Shown here piece after piece: positions 52,492 to 64,000 of a DNA stretch of 64,000 bases. Source of the DNA: Batkoa obscura. Its lineage: Eukaryota. Both the position numbers and the translations under genes were made by a program. The stretch lies in assembly GCA_030770535.1 (NCBI GenBank), contig JASVEC010000003.1, forward strand, positions 1,302,001 to 1,366,000, in the 5' to 3' direction. The notes under the pieces are model-generated. The model searched no databases and was not told the origin of the DNA. It saw only the letters and a program-made list of their open reading frames with translations. The stretch's first letter is position 1. The number at the start of each line of letters is the position of its first letter.

Positions 52492-54777
52492 TTATAATTT
52501 TATAGCTCTATAAAAGGAGGCATACATGTTCACTCTATCCAAGGCAATATTGGACCCTTGTTCACGAATACCCATTGGAGAAACTGAAAAGTTAAACTCT
52601 TCAAAGAGTTTGTTATACCATGGGAATCTAGCAGAGGATCTCCAGAATACATAGCCTCCCTTTTTAACTTGAACTGATAATTGTTGGATTTCTTCACGAG
52701 CATCCTTTTCATTAAACCAATCCATGTGGTCCATAAGGATTACTTTAGTTAAAGAACTTGGTTCTAAAGATCTTAATACCTCTAAAATGGAAGAAGTATG
52801 TAATCTCATGGTATCTAATATATCAGTAGACTTTAAACGTTGGAAGTATTTTTGATTGACATAAGATGGGCATGAGTCTTGAGTGTATTGTAACTTGAGG
52901 CATAAATGGTAGAAATATTGATCGTTTGAGAACAATGAACGGGAAATGATAGGATCCAAGGTATCGCACATGTATTGATAAGAAGAACCTTCATTTAGCA
53001 ACATATTCCATTGATTGATAGGTACACCTAATGCTTTCCATAAGAACACTGGATTGTCTAACAATTTAATAAACCAAGAATTCAAAATGATAGGACGAAT
53101 GGATTGATCGTAAATGCGCTTTTGCTCTTCGATTGTTTTAGCGGAACATAAAGCATCTACTTGTTTCTTAATACCTAAACATTTAATTAAAAATTGGACA
53201 ATATTAAGAGCATAACCAGAGCATCCAGTTTTAAAGAAATTGTTTCTGGTAAAGCGATCAGTGTTTAATTTCCAATATTGATAAGCTGGTGAAGACATGT
53301 GAGCAGATAACTTTAAATCTAATAAATTTTCAAAGTTTTCATTAGTACCTTCACCAAACATTTTCCAGAATTCATTATAGCCAAGGGCTTTAATACCAGC
53401 AATCTTAAGCTCCAATAAATGATTTTGGTGAGGATTCATATCAATACAGTGGATTCGTTTAATATCGGCATGGCAAAGGTAGTCCAAAGCATTGTCTCCA
53501 GCACTAGTAATAACAAACATTTCATCTTCTGGGTTAAGATCCAACACTTTGATATCTTCTCTTGGGTCTTCCCAAGTAAAGGCGTAAATGTAGGTATCAA
53601 ATTGAGTGTGGCATGGTCTAGTAGGATTGTATGGCATACGATTTTTAGTAAAAGATAAAGCAGATGATTCCTTACTTTCAGTTTCAGTCAATTGCGCTGG
53701 CTTAGCAGCTTCAACTTCAGTACTGTTACCAGCGGACTCTAAAATGGGAATGGGTGTTGCACTAGAATCTGAGTAAAAATTAGATGATTTTGGGGAACCT
53801 AACCAAATATAGTATGGGATTTGGACAAGATAAGGAACAATAAAATGGTTACGTCCAGAGAAGGATTTGATGGTACTAAATTTATATTCCAAATAATCAC
53901 GACGGCATGGATGTAAGTTAATATGATCAAAATCAAACCAGATTTGCCAGAACCAACGAGTAAACCAATTACATTGACGATTAACTAAACCACCATCATT
54001 TGCAGTAGCGGGTAACACTCTACCAGAGGTATAAAAATCACACACACCAATAAAACCATTAGGAGATAATAATTTATTTACATTGTCAATGACAGGGTAG
54101 AAAGAATCAATCATCGAAAGACTATAAGACATAGTAATCAAATCAATCTTTTGTTTAGGGTTATCAAGTTGAGGTAAGGTAAAGTTGGAAGCATCAGCAC
54201 AGACAACATGTACGTTATCCCAGCCATTACGCTTAAATCTTTCACTTGCTACCTTACATAAAGAGGGAGTTAAATCTACTAAATATACCTTATCAAAATT
54301 TTTGATTGGGAAAAAAGAGTTCATTTTTTCAATGTTCCAGCCGGTACCACCGCCTAAGTCAATCCAAACTAAACCTTCTTGTTTCATTTCACCTAATTTT
54401 GAAGCACATAATTTCAACATGGTTGTACGACCTCTCAATAATTGACTACGGGTATCATCATAAATGGTAGCTTGGTCCTTATAGAAAGATTCTAACCTTG
54501 ATTGTTGGTCACTGTTTTTACCTAAAGGTTTAATGAAACAAGAGTAAATGAATTTGAACTGGGATTGGAACTTAGTGTAGGCTAAAAAGGTAGTCAATGA
54601 TAGAGTAACCAAGAATAAACCTAAAGCGCCATAGCTCTTATCCATCACTTTATTACTAAGGAATTCTCCTAACAGACTAGGATTAAAGGATAAATAGATC
54701 ATTCCACCAGCTACAGCGACTAGCAGTATGTTATAGATGGTAGAGTTATTTTTTTTTTCTTCTTTTGATGAAGACAT
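52492..54777 (-). CDS. BTA1: Betaine lipid (DGTS) synthase, fused BtaB methyltransferase and BtaA domain
   Basis: RLESFY..QA..YDDTR..LLRGR, WIDLGGGTGWNIE, MSYSLSMI; YIYAFTWEDP..D, ITSAGDNAL, DMNPHQNHLLELK, LMDHMDW, DRVNMYASF. Confidence 0.95.
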   Translation of the reverse strand: MSSSKEEKKNNSTIYNILLVAVAGGMIYLSFNPSLLGEFLSNKVMDKSYGALGLFLVTLSLTTFLAYTKFQSQFKFIYSCFIKPLGKNSDQQSRLESFYKDQATIYDDTRSQLLRGRTTMLKLCASKLGEMKQEGLVWIDLGGGTGWNIEKMNSFFPIKNFDKVYLVDLTPSLCKVASERFKRNGWDNVHVVCADASNFTLPQLDNPKQKIDLITMSYSLSMIDSFYPVIDNVNKLLSPNGFIGVCDFYTSGRVLPATANDGGLVNRQCNWFTRWFWQIWFDFDHINLHPCRRDYLEYKFSTIKSFSGRNHFIVPYLVQIPYYIWLGSPKSSNFYSDSSATPIPILESAGNSTEVEAAKPAQLTETESKESSALSFTKNRMPYNPTRPCHTQFDTYIYAFTWEDPREDIKVLDLNPEDEMFVITSAGDNALDYLCHADIKRIHCIDMNPHQNHLLELKIAGIKALGYNEFWKMFGEGTNENFENLLDLKLSAHMSSPAYQYWKLNTDRFTRNNFFKTGCSGYALNIVQFLIKCLGIKKQVDALCSAKTIEEQKRIYDQSIRPIILNSWFIKLLDNPVFLWKALGVPINQWNMLLNEGSSYQYMCDTLDPIISRSLFSNDQYFYHLCLKLQYTQDSCPSYVNQKYFQRLKSTDILDTMRLHTSSILEVLRSLEPSSLTKVILMDHMDWFNEKDAREEIQQLSVQVKKGGYVFWRSSARFPWYNKLFEEFNFSVSPMGIREQGSNIALDRVNMYASFYRAIKL

Positions 54778-54982
54778 ACGATTAATAATAATTACGAATA
54801 AAAGGGTTTAATATATTATAAGGATGTTGAATCACTAATAACGAAATATTAACCTGTTGAAAGATTTAAAGGAGGTATCTAAAAAGATAAAAAAAAATAA
54901 AGGATTAGTAATTGGTATTTATAGTTTTCAAAATAATTAATTAATAAGAATAACTTTCAGTATTATTACTAATAATATATAT

Positions 54983-55087
54983 TGTCAATTGTGTCAAACT
55001 TTATAGTGAAGGTGTCAAATTTTAAATTTTGACATATTTCGCCTTCAATTTATTCTTTAATGAATTAATGAGAAAATCAAATTGACA
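54983..55087. promoter_or_regulatory. Cluster of five TGTCAA/TTGACA motifs upstream of BTA1
   Basis: TGTCAA at 54983, 54992, 55013; TTGACA at 55029, 55082. Confidence 0.45.
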
Positions 55088-57419
55088 AATTGCTAATCTA
55101 TTCTATAAAACAAAAGGAACTTACAGTATAAACAAAAGGAATAAAAATAGGTTCAAAAAATCTAAAAAAATTTTTATAGTTTTAATATTGTGAATCGAGA
55201 TATTGATTCAACTATTTATACTTTAATTTTTTGAGTTTTAGTAAATTAAACTACATATACGCTAATTTTAATAAAACATATTAGAATATCCAAGTGGCCA
55301 ATAATCTAGCCTATCATTTGAACATGCGCAACTCATAGTTAAATAACTTATTCCCCTATATACAAATTATTTAATCCAGATGATTAATTTAATTCTTTCA
55401 CTTCTTATCTATGAAACTCTTAAATAGTGATAGATTGAATAAAGCTCGAGTTTTAATAATATATCAAAAAGGGGAACTATAAAAAGGCATAACAAATTGT
55501 TTGAAAAGGGTGTAATAATCCAAAGATTCTTCCTTACCTTATTATACTTTTAATTTAAACTTCGTTTATACCCTCGTTTTTACTCTTCTTTTCTTTCTCT
55601 GTTCCTAATTTATAAGTAAAACCTTAGATTTATTTATCCATCTTTTCTCGAGTTAGAAATACTACTTGTTATTGGTGGAAAAATATTTAAATATTGTCAA
55701 CCTTCTTTATTATTAAGGGTGACATCACCTTCCTTTATTCTTTTTTTGGCTATTTAATAGGCCATGCTTTCTCGATAACTCAAGTTCATTGGTTAAAATG
55801 CCATTTAACTAAAAAGATTCTAATTTTTTTTAAGTATTTTAATCAAGGGTAAGAACTTTTAAAAATTAAAACCCGTTTTAGCCATTTGTAAGGTTATATT
55901 TCAATAAACTTTAACAAAATGGAAATTGCTAATTGGTCCTTGACTTATCCCATGTCACCCCCTTTTTATAGTTTTTGTTATGCTATGGTTGAATAAGTGT
56001 TATTAAAACTCACTTGCGTTTTAATGCTATAAAGATTTATATTGATAATAAAATGCATGCTAGTCTTTATTTCGTTTTACATTTTAAATACACTTTTGCA
56101 TTGATTTAAAATTCGAAATGAAGTTTAAAAAACTATACAATTTTGGATATTGAGAGTTTTTAGTGTTTATTTTATAAGTTATTATGTTATAATGTAATAA
56201 CCTGTTTTTAATTAAAAATAAATGATAGTCATTATATTCGTTTGTATTTATAAAATATCATAAAAGTTAAATTAATTTTATAAATATGCTTTTATAAATA
56301 TCAAAAAAGTTCTATCTTAATATGAAATATAAATCCTCGCTTTTTTTATTATAAATATTAATGTGATTTATTATTTTTATTTACAAAAAAATATAACAAA
56401 AGTTATTTTAGTTGAAAAAATTTAAAATAAAGTCAAAGGACTATATTAATTATACAATATTTTTAAATTTTTTAGTCTTACACTGTTTTACATTCAAATT
56501 TAGCAACAATTTACTTTAAAAATATTCATTTATTTTTAGAAATTATATGGAAATGATAGTATTTATTAATAGCTTTAATTAATCCAACAAACAATTACAA
56601 GGCCCTTTAACTACTAGCGTGACGAACATTCATGATCAAACTACAGATTGTATAAACAAATGGCCTATATATCACAAAACAAATGTTGGAAGACTAAAAG
56701 TTATTGTTTAATATTACAGGTTAAGAAGGCTACATTATGTATCTATTGAGGGATCAACTCCCCAACAGGACAGGTCACGGCTGAGCACCTTAATCACTAG
56801 ATTAACCTGCCCCAAAAATATCAATTATCAAATGTAAACTTTGGCCTAATGGTTCATCAATTTCGAATAATATTTGTCCTATATCGTAATAAACATTATT
56901 TTGTAACTTATTGTAGCTTTTGAAACAAATTTTGTATTATGAAAATAGCTCAGGTTGGACTAAATTATTTACACAAATAAATCACTGCAGATCTTTAGGT
57001 TTGTAAGTTTTTATATCAATATTTTAAATCGTGCTTTTTGAAGTAGTTAAAATGTGCTTACAATAACGGTCTAAATTCTGGTCATGCACCAGCTAAAAGT
57101 AAGTTTAGTTGACTATCACCTTTTGCTTAATCTGTGAAATATAAAATTAGTCCAAGTAAAGCTAGTAAAGAGTTCGAAGATTATAAAAATTGGAACTCGA
57201 AAATAAATTGGCCAATTAAATAAGTAAATAATGAAATTGATTTGATTTAATGATTTGCATATTTTTTTAATTTATTAAATGGGGAGATGTTTTTTTGATC
57301 AGCAAAGGGGTTAAAAAATAGCTAAGTTTAAAGCAATAACTATAAGCCATAAATAATAATAGTAATAGTAATATAAAAATATTATAAAATAGTGTTAATC
57401 ACAGTTTTTGGAAATTCAA

Positions 57420-58448
57420 ATGTTATTTTATATTTATTTCTTATTTTACTTTAATTCTTGTTATTCATACTATTATAATCCTAACTCCTATTCTAATAGC
57501 TATAATTTAGTTGCTTATAACAATAACGATAATGGTAATGTAAATCATCAAAATATTATAAATGATAGCAATGACAGTAGTAGTGATAATAGTAACATAA
57601 ACGATAATAGTAATAATAGCGCTGGTAACAATAATGATAGCAACAGTACTAATATAAATAACAATAATTTAAATACCAATAATATTCCTGTAAATAACAA
57701 TAGCAACAATTTAAATGAAAAGAAAGTGAAATTAACATATTATTGGATAGCGATGGAAAAGGATTACCCTTTAAAGCCGAATGAAGAAGGGGTTAATATT
57801 AAAAGTTGTAAAGATAATAAACAAATAATTAAAAAAGTAAGTAGCCAATACTTTAAGAAAGTTCAAATGGAAGGTAGTGGTCTATTATCAAATAATCAAT
57901 TTATTAATTGTGGTGATAAATATTGTAATTGTTTTGATTTTACAGAGGGTGCTAAAGGCAATAAAAACAATTTATTGATGCCTTATACGTCGATTGCAGC
58001 CAATGACTTAACTTTCAATATAAATATATTTAGTAAAGAAATCAATGGTACATTATTACCAAATAATCAAGTACATAATGGTTGTTTTAGAGTGGATGAT
58101 ACAAGTTGGTCTTTTAATAATAATCATATTGATTGGTTTGTTTATGATATCAATAACTACAACTATTTAGACAAAAAGTTAAAATATAATGAAGTAACTA
58201 TACAACTAAACAGCAACTGTAGTATCTTAAGTTATAATAGTACATCAAACAATAGCAATAGTAACGCTACAACTATCAACGGTACTACAAATAACAGTAA
58301 TATAAAATACAATTATAATTTAAATAATGTAACTAATACCATTCCTATTAGTTATATTAATCCTAAGTATAAACCTATTTCTAAACCTATTTCTACTTCT
58401 TTAATATCTAAGTTTAATAATTTTTTTACAAATTATTTTTATAATTAA
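57420..58448 (+). CDS. Secreted Asn-rich protein with a 3D (Asp-Asp-Asp)/MltA-like double-psi beta-barrel domain
   Basis: Hydrophobic N-terminus from ATG 57420; KLTYYWIA.E, MEGSG, L.PYTSIAAND, GCFRVDDT...NHIDWFV contains the conserved Asp pattern; intronless. Confidence 0.75.
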   Translation: MLFYIYFLFYFNSCYSYYYNPNSYSNSYNLVAYNNNDNGNVNHQNIINDSNDSSSDNSNINDNSNNSAGNNNDSNSTNINNNNLNTNNIPVNNNSNNLNEKKVKLTYYWIAMEKDYPLKPNEEGVNIKSCKDNKQIIKKVSSQYFKKVQMEGSGLLSNNQFINCGDKYCNCFDFTEGAKGNKNNLLMPYTSIAANDLTFNINIFSKEINGTLLPNNQVHNGCFRVDDTSWSFNNNHIDWFVYDINNYNYLDKKLKYNEVTIQLNSNCSILSYNSTSNNSNSNATTINGTTNNSNIKYNYNLNNVTNTIPISYINPKYKPISKPISTSLISKFNNFFTNYFYN

Positions 58449-58707
58449 TAAATTTTACATGCTTATCTATCTTATTCTCAAATGAATTTAATTACCTGAA
58501 ACTGATTACATTAGATGGCTTTCGTTTTTTTAATTTGCTATTGAGTTCTTTTACATGAAATTAAGGGTTTCAATATTTAATAATTATGAAATTCATATAA
58601 AAATTATTACTAGCAAATTAAAAAAATTGAAAAGTATCTAAATGCAACTATTAACTTCAAATTTGATCATAAAAATAAATCATCTTTTTTATTAATTTTA
58701 TAAAAGA

Positions 58708-59862
58708 ATGGGAAGAAAAAATAGTGAATATAATAATGAATATAAAGCAAGCAAAGTAAAAGCCAAATCCAACAGTAAAACTAATAAAAAGAAAGATCAA
58801 TCGAAGTTTGGGCACTCAAAGAAGCATGATGTTTATTATGATCGATATTTACCTAGCGAAGCTCAAGAATCAGAAGAAAACTCAAACAAATTAAAGATAC
58901 CGGTTGCTATGTGGGTAAGTATTTTACTTCAGTATAAATTGTTTATATTCATGAGTTAGGACTTTGAACATTGTGATCCAAAACGTTGTTCTGGAAAAAA
59001 ATTATTACGTCAAGGTATGATTGAGCAATTAAAAGTAGGTCAAGTATTTAAAGGTATTGTATTAAGTCCAAATGGGGAACAAATTGTTTGTCCAGATGAC
59101 AGAGGTTTAGTAGAAAAAGAAGGTATTGCTGTAGTTGAAGCTTCGTGGGCTAGAATTGAAGAAGTACCATTTAAAAAAATGAAAATTAGAAATAATCGAT
59201 TATGTAAGGACAATAGTTAAGATTATTTAAGCTTTATTGACCTTTATTATTATTACAGTGCCCTATTTGGTCGCAACCAACCCAGTTAATTATGGAAAAC
59301 CTTATAAATTAAATTGTGTTGAAGCTATTGCAGCTTGTTTCTATATTACCGGTAAATAAATTAATAATGATATATAAATTAGATAACACCGTAGTCTAGG
59401 ATTCAAAAAATTTGGCCATAAAATGATGGAAAAATTTTCATGGGGACATGCATTTTATAACTTAAATAGGTAAAAATTCTTGATTTATTTTTCTATTTAA
59501 TATAATTTTTATTTTCATTTTATTTTCATTTTATTTAGACCTTTATTTCGAATTTATCGACAATGTACTGATACAGAATCTATATTGAATGCACAAGCTG
59601 AGTATTTAAATCAATTGGAAATGGAAACGATGATAAAGAATACAAAAAAATTAAGTAAATTAAGTATAAATAAATTAGATCTTTAAATTTATTTCCTTTA
59701 GCTGTAAATGATCATGATGATGATGAGTTTGTTAACCCTAATCATAATTTAAATCAAAACGATGAAGATGAATCTTCAGGTGTATCGGAAACGGAAGAAG
59801 AAGAAGAGAGCGAAGAAGAGAGCGAAGAAGAGGAAGAAATAGATGATAGTGAAAAAAAATAA
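58708..59862 (+). CDS. TSR3: 18S rRNA aminocarboxypropyltransferase, multi-exon
   Basis: [65 protein letters not shown] and an acidic tail. Confidence 0.95.
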
Positions 59863-60528
59863 GATGAAACTAAAAGTAAATTTAAACTATAGAAAGGGAT
59901 ATAGATTAATAAATTTTTATATTTATTTTAAAGTATTTGAATTATTTTAGAAGTTGCTTTTTATGAATAGTTTTAATAATTGCTTATTACGAATAATTAT
60001 CTATTTTAAATTGTTGGAAGGATTAAAAATGGCTCTGATAAACAATAAAAGATAGTATAATCAATTTACATAAGTTATATTTTAGTAAAGGTGACATAAA
60101 TTGTGCATTGAATATGAATAAATTAAAATTTGGTTATTATAACGTTAATATCTATCTGTAAGAGTATTAGATTAATCAATTCCAGTTAAAAAACATTTGA
60201 AAAGATTAGATAAACCAACAAGACATATTTATAAAATTTTATAGAATAACTATAATATCAAACCTTTGTAAGTTATACAAAATAAACTATTGTCATGTAT
60301 TTGGATGTATATTTATAAAATAATGAGTATGGATAAAAATACAATAGAAACAGATGTATGCAAAGCTATTTTCTGAATTAATACATAATTTTGTAAAGAT
60401 ATTAAGAAGATTATTATTGAAAAGGATAAAATTGAATGTTTTTTATCGAAATTAACTAAAAGCAAGAAAATGTTAAATAATTTATTTAAAATTCATTTTT
60501 TAAATGTTAAACACAAATATGAGAATAG

Positions 60529-62115
60529 TCAAACAATACTACTATGACAACTGTATAAAGTAATAATATCAGTTGAAGACCTGGCTTCATTCTTCAATAA
60601 ACTCTTATCATTTGTATTACTAACATATAAATTTCGTGACATATCAATATCATTATCATCAATCTCAGAAGATTTATCAAAAAGAATAGAATAATTCATA
60701 TTTCTTATAAAGCTAACATATAATTTTTCTGGTACAATAATACTACCATCTTCAATTTCACGGAATTTGTTATAAAGAATTGAGTAATTCTTTGCTTTCA
60801 TAGTATCAAATAGATCTCCATTATCAATAAGTATAGGCTCGCTAATTTTATTTCTATTTTGATTTTTTTTAAATTTGTATTTGTATTTGTATTTTATAAA
60901 AAGGAAAAACAATAGTAATAATAATAGTAATCCTATTATTCCTCCTATTATACTACCAATTAGCACTTTATTATTATTATTTATATCTCTTCTTATGTTA
61001 TCGTTATTTTTATCATTGATCTTATCATTTTTATTACTATTATAATTGGATGTATTATTGGTATTAATTAAAGAAGGTAAACGATTAATTTGAGTCCAGT
61101 TATTTATATCGTATATTTCCATCATATTTGAAGATCCAGTATCCAACAAATTGTTTTTTTTAGAATTAGGGAGTTGGATACCAAATGAATTAATTAAATA
61201 ATGCTTATACATAATAAAACATCCAAAATTCTTCATTTGAATTACTTTCATTTTCCGAAATGAAAATGGGTTTTGTTGAAATTCATAAACAGTAACATTG
61301 TTACTTCTGGAAACGTCATGGGCTATAAGATAAACTGATTAACCCTTTTTAACAATTTTTAACTCATCGTATTGCTCAAATTTAATATTGTATACATTTA
61401 TTTTATTTGATATCAAATCCAGCTGATGTAATGTATCATAATTTGTATTTTTATTTAAGCCATATTTGACTTTCGTTTTAAAATAATATATTTTATTGTT
61501 TGATATAAATAGTTGTTCAAGATAAGTATCAGACGATACATTTACTATTGTTTTGAATCTTTTAGTTGTAATATCAAATAGTTTTAATCCAACTGATGAA
61601 TGATTATTTTTATTCTGACCTAATATAAACCCAGAAATATAAAATTGTTTCGTATCCTTTTCATTTTGTAAAATAGAGTAGTTGGGCACTATTTCTTTTG
61701 AGCTTGTATTGAATCTATCAAACAGGCCTTTAATAATATGCTCGCTATGCCATTCGTTTTTTTCAATATTGAAATACTTTAAAGATATTCCAGCTTTTAA
61801 CTTATCCCAGGAAAAATCAATTATCCTTTTATCACCAATATAAAAAATATTCGAGCCCATTTTTTTGTCTGAAATGTATTTAATATTGGTCCTTCTCCAT
61901 GGCGCTATATTGTTGTTTAGTTTAAACCCTTCCTTTAAATTCAAATTGAATACTTCATTATTGCTTTGGTGTATACTTGCTTTCGGCGGTTTGACTTTTC
62001 CTCCTAAATAATACAATTCATCCCCAATAATAAAACATTTGCCATTACTTGCTGGTGGTAATAACGTATTTGCTTTATATAACACTATATTAAATAATAA
62101 AAACAATAAAAACAT
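60529..62115 (-). pseudogene. Kelch/galactose-oxidase-like beta-propeller single-pass membrane protein interrupted by one in-frame TAA
   Basis: Signal peptide, ELYYLGG, QFYISG, IYDINNWT, then TM IGSIIGGIIGLLLLLLLFFLFI. The two ORF-track pieces are in the same frame, separated only by TAA at 61341-61339. Confidence 0.7.
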
Positions 62116-62654
62116 TTGGGAGTATAGATAAGGGTTCGTTTATTTTATGTATTAATTAGATTACTCCTTATTAATTAATAACAAAAACTATTCTATTTAA
62201 GAACACTATTTAATTATTTAATTTATCAACACGAACAATTGTTTTTGGGTTAATTTTTAATCTTTTTGTATCGAAAAAACCCTTCCAGCTTAATGAAGAA
62301 CTAGCAATAGTTTTCCTCTTCATAACATACAACTAACACTTAGCCCTATATAGTTGAAAGTTCTGGAAGGTGTGTTATTTATAGTGGTCTGATATTCTTT
62401 CTGTGAAAGATACGCTTTAAATATTTTGACTATAATAAAGTCAATGTATAATTTAAGAGAAAAACATAAAGTTATACACAGTAAAAAAAGCTAACATCTC
62501 TAATATGAACACTCTATTTATATAGTCTGTATATTTGCAACCATTAGATCGCTATATTATATTTAATGATATGAGTTGATATTACACCAGCAGTTCAATA
62601 AACTGGATTTCTGTTAAATTCCCACTCGTAATAGTAAAAAGCATTGCTAGATAT

Positions 62655-62746
62655 GAGGGTGTTTTTTTAGCTTTATCACTTTTTCCATCTTTTAAGTGCT
62701 GTTTGAGTGGAAAGATTGTTAGTAAAATTCTAAAAAAATACATCCC
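62655..62746 (-). mobile_element. MITE copy 8
   Basis: Consensus match; ATAT/ATAT flanks. Confidence 0.85.
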
Positions 62747-63252
62747 ATATTTAGCTTTGGATATTTAATAAAATAGCTAAAATACTTACAGCTATACTGT
62801 TAATACGCTACTACAATAAGAGTAGTTATAAGCTAGGTACATGCATTATTTAATAAATACAAAAAAATGAACTAAATGATACCAAAGTATAATAGGCTTT
62901 TGGCAGAAAGATGTATATAGTCCTTAATGATATGCAAAATTATTCATTAATTTATATATGATAAATTTATTCTCATAAGATAAATAGTATCAACACTAAT
63001 AACATTAGTAATTGGATAATAATTTAACACAACAAATTTATTGGGTAAAATAGTCCAGAGTTTAACATTGAAATAGTATCAAATTTATTGTAACTACTTG
63101 TCAGTACCCAGATTATACTACTAATTATAATATAATAAGTCTTAATTGGTTTATGCGAACTTTAATATAATATCAAGAATATAATGTATATTTTTAAGAG
63201 AACATATAAATAATTATAAGCTCCAAATACCATTTGCCTTTCTTTTTTCAAA

Positions 63253-64000
63253 ATGAAATTTATACTTTTATTTCAGTTATTTATTTATCTTACTCTTTCA
63301 TTCTCACCAAGAGCTAATAATGGTGGTTGTATTATACTTGAGGATCGATTATATTATTTAGGTGGACTTACTCGATTTATAAATTTAGATTTCTTGTTTG
63401 ACAATAAGGAAGTGTTTGAATTGAACTTAAAAAAGGGAGTTAACTTAATTGGTAACGTAGCTGAAGGATGGGAAAGAAGCAATGTAACCAATTCGCCAGA
63501 TGGTATATATGATCCAGGACTATTTTATATTAACAAATATAATAATGCTAAGGATGTAATAATGGGCTATTATATTGATCAAAAAACCATGATTCCAATG
63601 TTTAATTTTTACAATATTAAAGAAAAAGCATGGTTTAATAAAAGTGTTTTTAATGAAGTATTTGATGCATCAAACACAAAGTGCAATGATTTTAAAAAAT
63701 GTATTGTAACTCATTATATATCACAAAAGGAAACTAATTCAAACCAATTTTATATCTCTGGCTCAATTTATAACAAAGATTTAAAGAAACGATATTCACT
63801 TGATTTAAAGTTGTTTGACATTCAAGCTAAAACCATAGCTACTGTTTATCAATTAAAAAATAATTCATATATACGCCAGGCAGATATTAAACACAACAAG
63901 TTGTATTATTTCAACGAATATCCAGACAATGAATATCTAGATACTGATTTTAGTACGCTATATGAGTTAGATTTAACTACAACTAAAATTAAAGAACATC
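63253..64000 (+). CDS. Kelch-like secreted/membrane protein, paralog of 60529-62115; runs off window end
   Basis: Open from ATG 63253 to the end: MKFILLFQLFIYLTLS..CIILEDRLYYLGG..EVFELNLKKG..QFYISG..LKLFDI..NKLYYF..TLYELDL. Confidence 0.85.
   Translation, partial: MKFILLFQLFIYLTLSFSPRANNGGCIILEDRLYYLGGLTRFINLDFLFDNKEVFELNLKKGVNLIGNVAEGWERSNVTNSPDGIYDPGLFYINKYNNAKDVIMGYYIDQKTMIPMFNFYNIKEKAWFNKSVFNEVFDASNTKCNDFKKCIVTHYISQKETNSNQFYISGSIYNKDLKKRYSLDLKLFDIQAKTIATVYQLKNNSYIRQADIKHNKLYYFNEYPDNEYLDTDFSTLYELDLTTTKIKEH

Noticed and set aside
51451..58448. Bacterial contamination or chimeric contig as the source of the CHAP and 3D genes
   Set aside because: They have host-like AT content and low-complexity tracts, no operon structure, and are contiguous with intron-containing fungal genes and the host MITE family.
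52492..59862. BTA1 and TSR3 both transfer aminocarboxypropyl groups from SAM
   Set aside because: Unrelated substrates and pathways, separated by another gene; no evidence beyond coincidence.
61320..61342. 21-nt GT..AG that would remove the in-frame TAA
   Set aside because: Far shorter than the other introns here (~45-60 nt) and no clear branch point; a nonsense mutation is more parsimonious.
23100..62746. Recurring ~95-bp unit as a CRISPR array or ncRNA family
   Set aside because: Copies are dispersed, occur in both orientations and carry TIRs and TSDs; the context is eukaryotic.

Overview
Very AT-rich, gene-dense eukaryotic DNA with short (~45-60 nt) spliceosomal introns. Gene content points to an early-diverging fungus, possibly an Entomophthoromycotina/Conidiobolus-like lineage (inference only). 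Core genes: Med13 3' end, two SET-domain proteins, ARG8, ChaC, topoisomerase III-alpha, a mitochondrial GGQ release factor, a LIM-C1-RhoGAP, ARF6, a cytochrome P450, tRNA-Ala(UGC), TAF6, TFIIE-beta, a DUF4203-like membrane protein, beta-carbonic anhydrase, a GMPPA-like guanyltransferase, betaine-lipid synthase BTA1 and TSR3. Accessory signals: (1) two intronless secreted proteins with bacterial peptidoglycan-hydrolase domains (CHAP; 3D/MltA-like) flanking intronless BTA1; (2) a near-perfect 1279-bp inverted duplication carrying two identical secreted prepro-like genes around a tRNA; (3) a 2.85-kb Sola2-like DNA transposon with GGGG TIRs and ATAT target duplication, plus eight ~95-bp MITEs using the same target; (4) solo-LTR-like elements, two of them inverted and identical over ~434 bp; (5) Merlin and LINE relics; (6) a Kelch-like membrane-protein family in three states of decay. 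Smaller oddities: two GC-AG introns in ChaC, a 6-bp convergent CDS overlap, a G:U-rich hairpin and a TGTCAA cluster upstream of BTA1. Gene models were spliced by eye and family calls come from motif recognition, not database searches.
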